Of a DNA stretch of 64,000 bases, positions 19,275-30,757 are shown piece after piece (position 1 is the stretch's first letter; each line of letters starts with the position of its first letter). The position numbers were made by a program, and so were the translations under genes. A model generated the notes under the pieces. The model had not been told where the DNA came from and made no database searches. It saw only the letters and a program-made list of their open reading frames with translations. Origin of the DNA: Nitrosopumilus sp. (GTDB lineage: Archaea > Thermoproteota > Nitrososphaeria > Nitrososphaerales > Nitrosopumilaceae); contig OZ241857.1 in the NCBI GenBank assembly GCA_965203315.1, forward strand, positions 320,001 through 384,000. The letters run 5' to 3'.

Positions 19275-19447
19275 GGTTCTGTTCATTTGACGAGGGTTGT
19301 CATTTTCTGCACAAAATTCTTGAAAATTTTGCAAATATGGATGGTCTCACATCTACTATCACAAACTGCGGCTGTTTTGAGTCTCATATTGAGCGTTCTT
19401 TAAGATAACGTCATCTCGATCTCAGCCCTCGTCAAATGAACAGAACT
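19275..19447. mobile_element. MITE family B, copy 1
   Basis: Perfect 21-bp TIR GTTCTGTTCATTTGACGAGGG; homologous to 23246..23420. Confidence 0.85.
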
Positions 19448-19709
19448 TTATTCTAGTCAATAGACTGCTTGAAACGACTTTTCTAACACTGCCAATAGTC
19501 ACCACTCGGTAAGTTGAATGAACCCGGATTTACAATATGTCTCTGTTTTTGACAATAATTATACAAATTACTGAAAAATGACTTTTGCATGGACTCTTTA
19601 AATTTTGTGCAAAATATGGGAAAACTCTTGGACCACAAATCTAGTCAATTTAACAGAACCTCGAACGTAACACAAACACTTTTAAAGCCTCCTGTAGAGT
19701 CACATTATA

Positions 19710-20306
19710 ATGAACATTAATCTTATAGTTGGTATAATTATTTTAGTTATTGTTGTTGCTATCGTTGCTGTGTTTTATGTGACACACACATTAAATTTAG
19801 AAAAAGAAATTTCCACCATTACATCAATTGTGACAATCGGCTCATTGATTATAGCACCTTTATGGTACTTTATTAAAAGAAATTCAAGAGAAAAATCAGA
19901 GAAAAAACGAATATCAATTAATCTTTATTATGAACTTGAATATATTTTTGAGTTATTAAATTCTAAAGAACTAAAAAATCACATTATTACAAATGAGGGT
20001 AAAAAAATTCATTTTATAAACGCGTTTTTCAATCATGATGTATATGATAGTTTAGTAATATCTGGTCAATTTAATTTTCTTGAATATGATTTACAACAAC
20101 CAATTCAAAGTATTTTTAAATCTATAAAATTTCACAATGATTTGACGGAACAAAATATAATTAAACACCCACAGGATAATTTATCAAAAGAAACAAATCT
20201 AGTCTGTGCACGTATGGAAAAAAGTGAAGAAAGGCTAAAAAGAAGCATACCTGAAATGATGAACCAATTAAAAACCCGATATAAAATAGAAATAAATGAT
20301 TGTTAA
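19710..20306 (+). CDS. Hypothetical membrane protein
   Basis: 198-aa AT-rich ORF with two N-terminal TM helices. Confidence 0.7.
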   Translation: MNINLIVGIIILVIVVAIVAVFYVTHTLNLEKEISTITSIVTIGSLIIAPLWYFIKRNSREKSEKKRISINLYYELEYIFELLNSKELKNHIITNEGKKIHFINAFFNHDVYDSLVISGQFNFLEYDLQQPIQSIFKSIKFHNDLTEQNIIKHPQDNLSKETNLVCARMEKSEERLKRSIPEMMNQLKTRYKIEINDC

Positions 20307-20489
20307 TCAATTATCGGATGATTTTTCATCATCGCATTCTTCATCACATTTATGGTAATACGGCAAGTCTAGTGCTTCTACTCCACCACGTAACATGCCA
20401 TACTCGTCATAGATGCTTTTTTTCTTACTCTTTGCGTCTTTTTCCATATGTTATATATGATGATGTATCATACATAAAAGTCTTGGCGA

Positions 20490-20900
20490 TTGCTCACTTC
20501 GAGCCACTAAGCGTATGTTGCATCAATAAATCAAACAGACTTGCACTCTTGGTTATTGTATCATCACTCCGTCTCTGAGACACAATAGAAATTTCTTTGA
20601 ACTCATACCACGATGCTTGGCCAAGTTCTGTTTTGCAAAGATCCATGATTCTGTTATTTCGTTGATGTGCACTTCCACTCGCAAAGACGTTCTGGTGATC
20701 AACTGATTCTCGCTGGTATCCATGAAAGACCGGTGTATCATACACGTCATTTCTTACCTCAAGAAGAGATATCAAATTCATCAAGACTTGCGTCTAAATT
20801 TGATCATATTTGCTTAGGGGCTCGAAATGAGCAATCTCCAAGAAATCTTGTAAATATCGTAAATTTGGATTCAAAAACGCCCAAATACATGAAATCGACC
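20490..20900 (-). pseudogene. IS1595-family transposase remnant
   Basis: Frameshifted FHGYQRESVDH and EVHINEITESWIFAKQNLAKHRGMSSKKF. Confidence 0.7.
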
Positions 20901-20987
20901 AAAAAGATATAAAATTTACAAAGGATTTCTTTGGCTCCTAAAGATGCAACAGAACACTTGAACCTGATGTTATAACAGTTCTGGTCA

Positions 20988-22535
20988 TCAAGACTTTGAT
21001 GGAGTCTTTGTGTCGGCACTAGTTGACTGGACCGACTCGCCCTTTGGTTTTTGTACCTGAATCTCTGCCTCTAGTTCTTTCTGCTTCTCGGGAGCGGGTA
21101 TCTCATCTGCTTGTTTCTGAGGTTCAGCTAGTGGCAGCATCTCTTCTTGTGCGGGTTTTGGTGGTGGAGGCGGCGCATTCTTTTGCTCATTCACTCCATA
21201 TCTGTATATGTGGAAGAATGCCGCAAACACTAGCAAGACTATTCCTACAAACAAGAGCGAGACGTTGTTCATTCCAGCTAGTGCTGCATTGTACGCTGCA
21301 ATGTTGAGGAATACCTGAAATGCAAGCAATGCAACCAAGAGCCAATTGATCCACTTTTCTGATAGATTGATGACTGCAACCTTTTTTGGCCCTGTGTTCT
21401 TTGCAAGTTTTGATTTGCGTTCTGCCTCGTTTGCAAGTTTTATCATCATATACGTGAACCCAAATCCTAGCGGAACCAGTAGTATCATCACCGAATAGAA
21501 GAATATCGGGTCTATCAACAGTCTCTCCACAAGTGATACATTGATATCAGGCGAGATGTAGAATCCCCAGTATGTGGTAACCATTATCTGTGCTAAACTG
21601 GTTATTCCGAATGCTGTAATTATCGGTCTATCTCTCCATGAGAACTTTTTGTATCTGTCTATAAACGGTATCAACACAAACGATATGATAAAGATCAACG
21701 GCCACAGCAACCCCGTTACAAACTTGTCATACTGCGTTCTCATGAACGCATAGATTCCTGTCAAGTACCATTCTGGTACAGTAACTCCTGGCGGAGTATT
21801 GGGCTCGAACTTGAATCCTAAATCGATAGGAAAGACTCCTCCAGTAATCAGTATCGCACCAGATATGGCCATAACCATCGGTACATCAAATACCAGAAAT
21901 CTTGGAAAGTGTACAGCCATGAGACCTAGCATCACTATCGGTAACAAGAACACGTGCTGTGCATAAAATCTGAGAACAAAGTCTGAGAATCCACTACCAA
22001 GCGCCGCATCTCGAATGGTTGGTCCTACAACAGGTATTGACGAAGTAAGAGATGCTGCAATACTGATTGCAAGCTGGGCACGTTCACTAAATATTACGTC
22101 ATATCCTGTAAATGCCTCCAAGATGGTAACTACACCCAAGATGACACCTGTCATCCATAGTACCTCGTTTCGTATCTTGTATCTTCCACTAAAGTACTGG
22201 TAATACATGTGTAGTACGGCAAGTAAGACCATGGCATTAGATCCATGATAGTGAATGTTTCGTATATGGAATCCAAATGGCACCTCGTCATTGATAAACT
22301 GAACACTATCCCACGCCCTATCCAATACAGGTTGATAATAGAACATCAAGAGTGCGCCAGATATTCCTAGTATCACAAATACGATAAACGTGAGCATTCC
22401 GAGAAATCCAAAAGGACTTACAAATCTAGCTGGAAATGAAAACTTTATAGCTGTAAATATTGTTCTATCGACGCCATCCCATAGCCAATAAAAGAAGGCG
22501 ACTGCGCCTGTACGTCGCTCAAGCGAAACGACCAT
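20988..22535 (-). CDS. petB: Cytochrome b subunit of the bc-type complex
   Basis: RNIHYHGSN...LHM heme ligands, PEWY motif. Confidence 0.95.
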   Translation of the reverse strand: MVVSLERRTGAVAFFYWLWDGVDRTIFTAIKFSFPARFVSPFGFLGMLTFIVFVILGISGALLMFYYQPVLDRAWDSVQFINDEVPFGFHIRNIHYHGSNAMVLLAVLHMYYQYFSGRYKIRNEVLWMTGVILGVVTILEAFTGYDVIFSERAQLAISIAASLTSSIPVVGPTIRDAALGSGFSDFVLRFYAQHVFLLPIVMLGLMAVHFPRFLVFDVPMVMAISGAILITGGVFPIDLGFKFEPNTPPGVTVPEWYLTGIYAFMRTQYDKFVTGLLWPLIFIISFVLIPFIDRYKKFSWRDRPIITAFGITSLAQIMVTTYWGFYISPDINVSLVERLLIDPIFFYSVMILLVPLGFGFTYMMIKLANEAERKSKLAKNTGPKKVAVINLSEKWINWLLVALLAFQVFLNIAAYNAALAGMNNVSLLFVGIVLLVFAAFFHIYRYGVNEQKNAPPPPPKPAQEEMLPLAEPQKQADEIPAPEKQKELEAEIQVQKPKGESVQSTSADTKTPSKS

Positions 22536-23124
22536 ATCCTATGACTCCATTATCGTTTACGCCAAACTTTGGTGGCATTACATACACTAGCCCTGCACTG
22601 TCTACATCTAGTGTAAGCTGTGGTAGTGCATTTGACGGTGCAGCTTGGACCGATGCTGGACCTACAAAAGCTACTCCTGTGGTGGCATCGTACATACTAC
22701 CGTGACAAGGACATTCGCCTCGTTTTCTGTTCTCATCTGGCCAATACTTCCATAGACACCACAGATGCAGACATATCATGCTGTATGCTCTTATTGCTGT
22801 TGGATCGTTCTTGGCACCTCCCAACTCTTCTGGCAGTCTGATGAACTGCCATTTACGAAATGCCTCCGCGTCTAGGGCTGCATCACCTGTTGCAGGATAC
22901 GTGATGACTTCGGCATGATTGATCGGATATGTGTTCATGTTTGCCTGTGTGCCATCTGGTAGAATGACTGGCACCTTTTCGAGTGATGACCGTGCTGGAT
23001 TTGGCATGAATTGACCAAAGGGTACAAACGGCGCAAACGCCAAGCCTGTACCAGCTGCACCCATCAGCTTTAAAAAGTCACGTCTAGATAATCCATCAGA
23101 CTTTTTCACACCAAGCTCTGACAT
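22519..23124 (-). CDS. Rieske 2Fe-2S protein with Tat signal
   Basis: SRRDFLK, CLHLWC, CPCHGS. Confidence 0.95.
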   Translation of the reverse strand: MSELGVKKSDGLSRRDFLKLMGAAGTGLAFAPFVPFGQFMPNPARSSLEKVPVILPDGTQANMNTYPINHAEVITYPATGDAALDAEAFRKWQFIRLPEELGGAKNDPTAIRAYSMICLHLWCLWKYWPDENRKRGECPCHGSMYDATTGVAFVGPASVQAAPSNALPQLTLDVDSAGLVYVMPPKFGVNDNGVIGYGRFA

Positions 23125-23245
23125 CCAAGCTGTCGTACTTGGCAAATTGTTTATAAACCTTGTTCAAATGTTTGTCAAGTGCTCACTTACAGATTCGAAT
23201 ATGTGATATCTTGTATCTGAGAGGCTGCGGGATAGGTTTGGTACA

Positions 23246-23420
23246 GGTTCTGTCCAATCGACATGGGTTGGCATTTTCTACACAAAATTCTCGAAACTTT
23301 GCAAAACATGGAAACGGCCTCATACCAGTTATCGTAAATTATTGCTGTTTTGAGTCAAATATTGCATGTTCTTTGAGATATCGTCATAACGATCTCAGCC
23401 CACGTCAATCGAACAGAACT
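23246..23420. mobile_element. MITE family B, copy 2 (diverged)
   Basis: GGTTCTGTCCAATCGAC...GTCAATCGAACAGAAC; internal similarity to 19275..19447. Confidence 0.8.
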
Positions 23421-23823
23421 TGATGTACTTTTTGCGTTTGATCTGAGTGTCTGCAAACTAGGTGCACGAAGACTGTTAAACTAGGTACCCGCTACTCATT
23501 ATGTCTGGCAGAGATCTATGTTGCGAACATGCCGTAAATGGACCAAAAGCGTCTGTAATGTGCTATAGATCTTGAAGATGGCAGAGGCTCATAAGCGTCA
23601 CATAGACTGTGTTGCTATCCTGTTAAATTCATCGAATTTGAGCCCGGTATGAAACCAGTTGCGTATCATAGTTTTTAATCATGGTTTCATTTTCCACATA
23701 TTGGTTATCTGTCCGATGTTAGGCTTAGAGATCATCTGTGGTACTAACAGAGATATCTGCGATGAGTCAGAGATATCACCAAAATCTGGGGTGGCTTGTC
23801 GAATAGATGATTGGATAAACTGA

Positions 23824-24315
23824 GTATTCGTAGCTGATGAGGTTCACGTCCATTTTGATGACAACTGTAGAGGCAAAGTATGGTATTACATAGGAAAGCC
23901 TGCACGCATTCCACACGAGAACAAATATTGGAGTTTCAGATACTTTGTCGCGTACAGTCTAGATGGAAAGATGTTTGTAAGAAAGTACTCCAAAGGATTC
24001 ACAGCAAAAGTTTTTGTAAAATACTTGCAACAGATGTACGATCGCTATGGTAGGTTTGCAATAGTTCTAGACAATGCTAGACCACATACTGCAAAAATGG
24101 TCAAAGAGTTTTGTGACGAGATGGGAATACTTTTGATATTTCTACCCGTAGGGCGACCAGAGCTCAGTATAATCGGGACTATCTGGCATCTACTAAAAAG
24201 TAAACACATACACGGTCAGTTTCACGAAGATGTTGTTAAACTAGAGAAAAAGATACGTGGCTTGGACAAAAATTTGACTTGGATATCTTTGAATATTTGC
24301 AAAGAAACGTACTAG
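23824..24315 (+). pseudogene. IS630-family transposase remnant (DDE_3)
   Basis: VFVADE...IVLDNARPH...FLPVGRPELSIIG (third acidic residue replaced); N-terminus missing. Confidence 0.8.
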
Positions 24316-24622
24316 ATGGTCAGTAAAACAAATCTGCTCATAGAATTTGTATCCGCCATTACAAATATCTGCACTTTGCTCGTACTCTATCAACAACTGT
24401 TATGTTTCTCTTAAAATTTACAAAGTCTTTGTGCAGATTGACAAAAAACCATCTCTAGACACGTTTAATCACTAAAACAGACGATCAAAGTGGTATCTGA
24501 TGAATTATTTGTGCCAAAACTCATCCATGTGATTATTTTTGTCGGTATATTATCCTATGGGACTCAATGGTAAAAAACTAGAGCACGGTACGAGCCAAAA
24601 GAGAATTATGAATAAGGTCTAT

Positions 24623-25078
24623 TTAGTAATTTAGCTTTTTCTCAAAAAACTCTTCATAACGCTCTGTCTCTATGCCAGGGTTTTTATCTAAATAAATTAA
24701 ATCTCTAATACCGCCATTTGCAAATTCTTCACAAATATTTACAATCTTCTTTCCGTCTGCTAGGGTGGAGAGTTCAGGTTCTACGGACAGTGCGACAGCA
24801 CACATCCACCATGATTCTTTTTCCGTAAGGGCATCACGTCTAATTGTGTTTGAGCGCTTTTTTATTTTTTCACGTTTGCCACTATCTACTCCGATCGCCA
24901 TTGCAAGTAAAAATATGTCGAGTTGTCGTTTTTTGTAAAAAAATGAATCCTTTTTAACTACTGCTCCTTCCCTTTCTATAGATGTGGAATAAAAGTTTAC
25001 AATCTCGTCATCAGATTGCTCAAAAGACATATTGAAAGGCCAATCTTCTTGTAAGCGTCTTGCTCTGTTACTAACCAT
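24623..25078 (-). CDS. pbeD: PbeD-like protein of the phosphorothioation-dependent antiviral module
   Basis: Last gene of the operon; DIFLLAMAIG...EEFANGG; assigned by position. Confidence 0.65.
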   Translation of the reverse strand: MVSNRARRLQEDWPFNMSFEQSDDEIVNFYSTSIEREGAVVKKDSFFYKKRQLDIFLLAMAIGVDSGKREKIKKRSNTIRRDALTEKESWWMCAVALSVEPELSTLADGKKIVNICEEFANGGIRDLIYLDKNPGIETERYEEFFEKKLNY

Positions 25079-27176
25079 TTTGATTTACCTCGAGAATTCT
25101 TGTGTTATCAGCAACATCTCCTTGATCTTTATATGTTTCTAATACATATTCCTTCCATATGCTTCTATTTTCCATTAGTATTTTTCGAACTGATGGTAAC
25201 TCTTCCCCTTCTATTTGTTTTTTAGCAACTCCAGTGTATTCTTGATCTTGTACCAATAACGTAATTTGAGTTTGTGGTAAAAATTTTGGTAAATTTTTTG
25301 CTATATCTATTCTTTCAGTCTGAGAAATATTATGTAATGGAGAGTCAATCATCATAAAATAGTCTCTTCCAGATATTTCACGAATTGCAGCAATATATGA
25401 CAGTGCTAAACAACAACTTTGTCCTGCCGAAAGATCTTTACTCTTCAGATCGTGATCGAGAACCACTGTAGAATAGTTTGGCTTAATTTCAACTTCTAAA
25501 AAGTCTTCTCTATTGACTAACCGTTTAAAATATTCTGTAGTTTTGATAGATACTGTATCACGAAATTCATTTATTAGATCATCATAAATTCTTCCAAATA
25601 TTTTGGATAACGTATTCGCAAGATCTATTCTATTGTTGTATGAAGAATATTTTTTGTTTTGTTCTATCTCTTTCTTTCGCTCAGCATACATTTCGTTACA
25701 TTTTTCTTGAGCTATTTGTAATTCTCTCTCTGCAAGAGCGATTTCACGATCACAGTTAGATTTTTTCTCATCTATCTCACGTAACTCATGTGCATATCTT
25801 CGTACCTCATCTTGATCATGCTCTGCTAGTTTTTGAATAATTGTTTTTTCTTCACTACGTTTTAATTCAATATTTTTATCATATTCATCTCTCTCTGATT
25901 TTAATTTTTTAAAATTGGTAATTAGTGTATCTTGATCTAGTTCGTCTAGGATATCTTGCCATAGCCCACGACCACTAGATATATCTTGGATAACAGTAGA
26001 TTCAATTAGGTTCTTTCCTAATAATTCTTCAAGTTGCTCTCTTTCTTTACTTCCGACCGTCAAGCCTGTACCACATATACAGCGTGGCGGTTCCGTATCT
26101 AAAATTCTTTTTAATGTTTGACTACTAACTGCTAACGGAATTTGGCCCTCACTCTCCCATAAAACACATTTATCTATACTTATTTTTATAGATCTTTGTA
26201 ATCTAATTAGGGTATTATACATTAGTAACCAATTATGAAAATCTTCAGAATGTTTGTTTTTAATCTTTCTCATCTGCTTGATGTCTTCTTTCAATTCTTT
26301 AAGTCTTGCTTGCATATCGTTTATTGCGGTTTGGTCATGACTTCTCAAATAATTTAGTAATTCATCTCTACGCTCTTCATATGATTTTTTGTCTATGGTT
26401 TTTTTGTTAATAACAGCTTCTCTACGCTCAATTGTTTTTTCATAATTAAGAATATGATCATTTATGGAACTGGTTTTAACGTCTTTAATATCGCTTGCTA
26501 TCTCTTTTGATATTTTCTTAATGTTGTCTCGGGTTTTTTCTACAATTGGTAATCCTGATATCTTTTCTATGCCATTTTTAACATGTATTTCATCCTCATC
26601 TTCAAAAAACTCATTTAGCAACTCTGCGTCAAAGAGAAAATAAGATGCGAGTGAACTCGGAAATAAATTTTCAATGTACCCTTTTACACTAGTGATATCT
26701 GTTTTTACATCCCAATCCATATTTTTTAGTAAATGTTGTAGTTCTACATTGTTTTCACATTTTATGCCTTCCGAAATTGTCCCATCAACATCTAAACTTT
26801 TTTTAAGTTCTGATGATTCATGTGTTTTTGTAAATTTAATTGATCTTTTGACAATATAACTTAATTGATCTTTTTCATACAAACTTACTTCAACTGTCGA
26901 TTCATCAGAATCTCCAACATCTAGCTTTGCAATTGCGTTATTGTTTATTATATTCTCATCACTAGAAACGCTGTGTGGTCTAGACTTTCCATACAAACAC
27001 CAATAAACTGCTCCAAGCAAGGTTGTTTTCCCCTTACCCATCTCTCCATGTATAATAGTGATTGTTTTTTCGTTATCACGAGAAAGATCAATAGATTGAT
27101 CTTTGTATGATTTATAATTATGTAGAACAATCCTGCCTATTTGGATATTGTTTTTAATTTTACTCATAGTCCGCAC
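25071..27176 (-). CDS. pbeC: PbeC-like SMC/Rad50-type ATPase
   Basis: Walker A GEMGKGKT, CICG hook, LSAGQ signature, IDSP. Confidence 0.8.
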   Translation of the reverse strand: MRTMSKIKNNIQIGRIVLHNYKSYKDQSIDLSRDNEKTITIIHGEMGKGKTTLLGAVYWCLYGKSRPHSVSSDENIINNNAIAKLDVGDSDESTVEVSLYEKDQLSYIVKRSIKFTKTHESSELKKSLDVDGTISEGIKCENNVELQHLLKNMDWDVKTDITSVKGYIENLFPSSLASYFLFDAELLNEFFEDEDEIHVKNGIEKISGLPIVEKTRDNIKKISKEIASDIKDVKTSSINDHILNYEKTIERREAVINKKTIDKKSYEERRDELLNYLRSHDQTAINDMQARLKELKEDIKQMRKIKNKHSEDFHNWLLMYNTLIRLQRSIKISIDKCVLWESEGQIPLAVSSQTLKRILDTEPPRCICGTGLTVGSKEREQLEELLGKNLIESTVIQDISSGRGLWQDILDELDQDTLITNFKKLKSERDEYDKNIELKRSEEKTIIQKLAEHDQDEVRRYAHELREIDEKKSNCDREIALAERELQIAQEKCNEMYAERKKEIEQNKKYSSYNNRIDLANTLSKIFGRIYDDLINEFRDTVSIKTTEYFKRLVNREDFLEVEIKPNYSTVVLDHDLKSKDLSAGQSCCLALSYIAAIREISGRDYFMMIDSPLHNISQTERIDIAKNLPKFLPQTQITLLVQDQEYTGVAKKQIEGEELPSVRKILMENRSIWKEYVLETYKDQGDVADNTRILEVNQNG

Positions 27177-27369
27177 TAAACCTCTTTACTTCTTCATCAT
27201 CAGCATATTTCTCTAAGATTTTTTTATATGGGACTTTAAAATTTTTTGAACTGCCTGATGATGTATTCAACTCATCCTGCATTTCAAGAAATTCGATCAG
27301 AATTTTTTTAATCTTGTCTGGAACATTCAATTTGTTGATCTTGTCGATGATCCATGGATTTACAACCAT
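27160..27369 (-). CDS. pbeB: PbeB-like small protein
   Basis: Small helical ORF overlapping the pbeC start; start uncertain (frame open to 27525). Confidence 0.55.
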   Translation of the reverse strand: MVVNPWIIDKINKLNVPDKIKKILIEFLEMQDELNTSSGSSKNFKVPYKKILEKYADDEEVKRFSADYE

Positions 27370-27593
27370 GTTGATATGGGTAAATTTGGGCTTTAAAAGC
27401 ATATGTGATGATCCTCCATAGATTGCTCGTTTGTTCCTATTATGCCTCATCGCGTATTCTTGATTCTTGTCGTGGGTGTCTTTTGATGAGGTAGCCATAT
27501 TTCGGAAGCAAAAATTAAGAGTCATTATTGTTTACGCATATTTTGACAATTTAAAACAACTATGATTTAAAATAACTTTGTTCAGAGTAGACG

Positions 27594-28684
27594 TATAGTG
27601 CTCGGAATAAGTAATTTCACGTTACTATCTCTCTGTGGAAATACTTTAAAATATCCAGATTGTGTTGTGTGTTTGCTAGATAATCCAAGACTGCGGCTTC
27701 CATATCTTCAAATGTCTCATAATATATGCCAACTTTGATCTTTCTTTTTAGTTGATGCCAATACTCTTCGATTGCATTAAGTTCTGGTACTGCTGTTGGC
27801 AGAAACAGCAACTCGAGACCTATTTTTTTGGCATGTGCTATAATTTTTGGTGATGTATGCCACGGCGCCTGATCTAATATCCAACCTGATTTTTTGTATC
27901 TTTTAACAAAACCATCCATGAATTCCATCATCGATTGGTTATTTGCTCTCTCATGTAGTTCAAAGTATTGTTCTCCATTCTCCCCTATTGCTCCAAAGAT
28001 TACTATTTTTTTGCCAGAGTTCGTAGTGGGCACAAATATTGATATTCCTCGTTCTGACCAAAATACTCTGCCTTTGAGAGTTGCGCGACTTATTGTTGAC
28101 TGATCCATAGAAAATATAGTGTAACCACGTTTTCTTAGACGTGAAATCTCTTTAGAACGTGCTCTTTGTACTTTCTTTATCTCTTTGGTTGTAGCTCGAT
28201 GAGCATAAGATATTTGAGCAACTTTGGGAGACCAATTAAACTTTCTCATTCTGTACCGTAAACTATCTCCATGATACTCTACGCCTGTCTTTTCTTTGAC
28301 TATGTTTTTCATCTCTAATGGAAATGTAGGCTCTTGTTCCTTCATCAACTTTTTGAGTGTTTCATCTGATACTTTTGGCGGTCTTCCAGAACGAGGCTGG
28401 TCTTCTAGACCTACAATTCCATTTTTTTCGTATCGTGCAATCCAATAGTACACTGTACTTTCAGTAACTTCGAAAACTTCTGCGACTTGTCCCCTCGTAT
28501 ATCCATTCACAAGGACCATCTTTACAGCTGCACTCTTGGTTTGTACGTGCCCTAACTTTCTATCTTTGCAGGCCTGAGAAAGATCTTTGTACTTTTTGTT
28601 CATGTTACTAGTAGAAACATACAAGTTCATAAATTATAATGTCAAAAAAATTTGACCATGAAATTACTTATTGCGAACACTATA
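27594..28684 (-). mobile_element. Intact IS630-family element with TA target duplication
   Basis: Termini TATAGTGCTCGGAATAAGTAATTTCACG / TATAGTGTTCGCAATAAGTAATTTCATG. Confidence 0.92.
27617..28630 (-). CDS. IS630-family transposase
   Basis: HTH with RSGRPPK, SMDQS, ILDQAPWH, PELNAIEEYW. Confidence 0.92.
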   Translation of the reverse strand: MNLYVSTSNMNKKYKDLSQACKDRKLGHVQTKSAAVKMVLVNGYTRGQVAEVFEVTESTVYYWIARYEKNGIVGLEDQPRSGRPPKVSDETLKKLMKEQEPTFPLEMKNIVKEKTGVEYHGDSLRYRMRKFNWSPKVAQISYAHRATTKEIKKVQRARSKEISRLRKRGYTIFSMDQSTISRATLKGRVFWSERGISIFVPTTNSGKKIVIFGAIGENGEQYFELHERANNQSMMEFMDGFVKRYKKSGWILDQAPWHTSPKIIAHAKKIGLELLFLPTAVPELNAIEEYWHQLKRKIKVGIYYETFEDMEAAVLDYLANTQHNLDILKYFHREIVT

Positions 28685-28693
28685 TGCACATTA

Positions 28694-30757
28694 CTATGGT
28701 ATTTTGAATTTGCGCTTTAATTCTTCAATTTCTTTCATGCAATCATCTTTGTTAATAGCAATTTTGGCCATATACTCTTGACGTTTTAATTGAGACTCAG
28801 CAATTCTACGTTCTATCCGAATTTCTTCTTCAGTATATTTTTCTGAAATATTCGGAATCACCAATATGTCGTAGATCTGAGCATGATCCTTCGTGGTTCC
28901 ATCTCTGTATCTTCTGTTAAACTTACGAAGTACTCTACCTCTTCTTTGAATAAACTGTTTTGGGTTTCCAGTACTAGCTAATAAAATACAGCTTTTTGCA
29001 GAAGGGATATCTGCTCCTTCATCAAGTACTTTGTTGGCAACAATCGCACGATACAGGCCACTACCAAATTTTTCTATTAATGGAATTCTATCAGCTGGAT
29101 TTTTTGGATTTTTTGCAGTGATTTCACAGTTTGGATGACCATGATTTGTTAATATACTTTTAACAGACTGAATTTGAGATTCAGAACAATAAATTAGAAG
29201 GTGCATTATGTTGCAATTATTATTTTTTACCCATTTTGAAAATGTTTTTATTTTATTTTGGGCATCACGAATTACACGTGCTCGATTGTTCAATACAACT
29301 TCTAATGACAATTTATCTTCATGTTTTTTTGAGTTCCATAATCTTGCTATTGTTTTAGTTAGATCGATATATTTTTCATATTCTTCATCAGTCAAATCTA
29401 CGTATATTGGATAATAATAGTATTCAACAAGAAACTTTGGTATTGCAGTTGCTAAATCTAACGAATACACAGTACCCTTAAAAAAATCACTAATGAGTCT
29501 TGTTCCATCTGGATCAAAATATCTTTCAAGCGTTGCTGAAAGACCTAAACGATAGTCATATGCTTGATTGAGGCCAGATCGATATGTATATGACCCAGCA
29601 TTGTGGACTTCATCCGCAATTAAAAGTTTTGGGACATCTGTTCTTTCAATTTTTTTAATAAATTTATCTGTTGAGAATGTTTTATAAGTTGTAATCGTTA
29701 TCGAAACGCTTTTAGATTTCTGTAAATCTATAGTTGCAAGCCGTCCATCTAGATGCATGGCCCAGTTTCGATCATTTGATGTTATGTTTGATTCATATCC
29801 CCACTTTTCAAGTTCAGATTGCCATTGTCGCTCCAAATTATTTGACGGGCATACAATAATTACAACTAGTCCGTTATTTAGTTTCTTACGAATCTCATTA
29901 ATGCAACCTATTGCTGTAAATGTCTTTCCTGTACCTGTGGCCATCTCGAATATGCCACAATAATCATTTTCAATCCAATTATTTAGTGCGTCTATTTGAT
30001 ATTGTCTCAATTGAGGTAAATTATGGAGCTTTATTTCAGATTTAGATTTTGGGGCAATTTCAATTAAATGATTTTTTACTGCTAATGGTAATGGTAAAGT
30101 TTTAATACGCAAATCTGAGTTAATTTGTCCCCCCTCCCAATATTTAGAAAATTCTGAAAAATCAACATCTAAATATTTTCGTTCACTCATATCCCAGCTT
30201 CTGTATACTCTGAATCTATAAAAATTCCCTAATATTTTATCACTAAAATCCACATTACCTGAAAATGATATTGAGTGATGATCGGCATCCCAAAATATCC
30301 CAACTTTATTCTTAAAAATTGAGCTATTTTCCAGTAACTCATAATCAGCTATTGATCCATTATGATGTACCGGTACTATTATTTTTATTTCCAAATTATT
30401 GTTGGCAATCATCCACGCAAGTGCTTTTACGTGATCTTTTACAAACTTTTCTTGAATCTGAGAAAAATCTTTTATCCATTTCTCTGAAATAATACTGTCG
30501 GCATCATTTATGCCAGAATTAATTGAGTTAATATCTTGTTCACTAAATTCTGGTAACAAAACCAATTTCATTAACCCATCATTTTGAATAAAGCCTTGCA
30601 TACCTTCAGCACATATTGCAAAATTTTTAGATGAAAACTTACCACCAAATCTAGAATAGAGTTTTGAAATTTTAAGAACTTTATTAAAAAAATCACCGTA
30701 AATATCGTCCTGTATGGAGTCATATTCTGGTTTTAAATTAAGATTACGAAAGCTCAT
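28694..30757 (-). CDS. pbeA: PbeA-like PLD-fold plus DEAD-box helicase
   Basis: N-terminal KNKVGIF..SFSGN (degenerate PLD), MATGTGKT, DEVH, LSAT, QRRGRVLR. Confidence 0.8.
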   Translation of the reverse strand: MSFRNLNLKPEYDSIQDDIYGDFFNKVLKISKLYSRFGGKFSSKNFAICAEGMQGFIQNDGLMKLVLLPEFSEQDINSINSGINDADSIISEKWIKDFSQIQEKFVKDHVKALAWMIANNNLEIKIIVPVHHNGSIADYELLENSSIFKNKVGIFWDADHHSISFSGNVDFSDKILGNFYRFRVYRSWDMSERKYLDVDFSEFSKYWEGGQINSDLRIKTLPLPLAVKNHLIEIAPKSKSEIKLHNLPQLRQYQIDALNNWIENDYCGIFEMATGTGKTFTAIGCINEIRKKLNNGLVVIIVCPSNNLERQWQSELEKWGYESNITSNDRNWAMHLDGRLATIDLQKSKSVSITITTYKTFSTDKFIKKIERTDVPKLLIADEVHNAGSYTYRSGLNQAYDYRLGLSATLERYFDPDGTRLISDFFKGTVYSLDLATAIPKFLVEYYYYPIYVDLTDEEYEKYIDLTKTIARLWNSKKHEDKLSLEVVLNNRARVIRDAQNKIKTFSKWVKNNNCNIMHLLIYCSESQIQSVKSILTNHGHPNCEITAKNPKNPADRIPLIEKFGSGLYRAIVANKVLDEGADIPSAKSCILLASTGNPKQFIQRRGRVLRKFNRRYRDGTTKDHAQIYDILVIPNISEKYTEEEIRIERRIAESQLKRQEYMAKIAINKDDCMKEIEELKRKFKIP

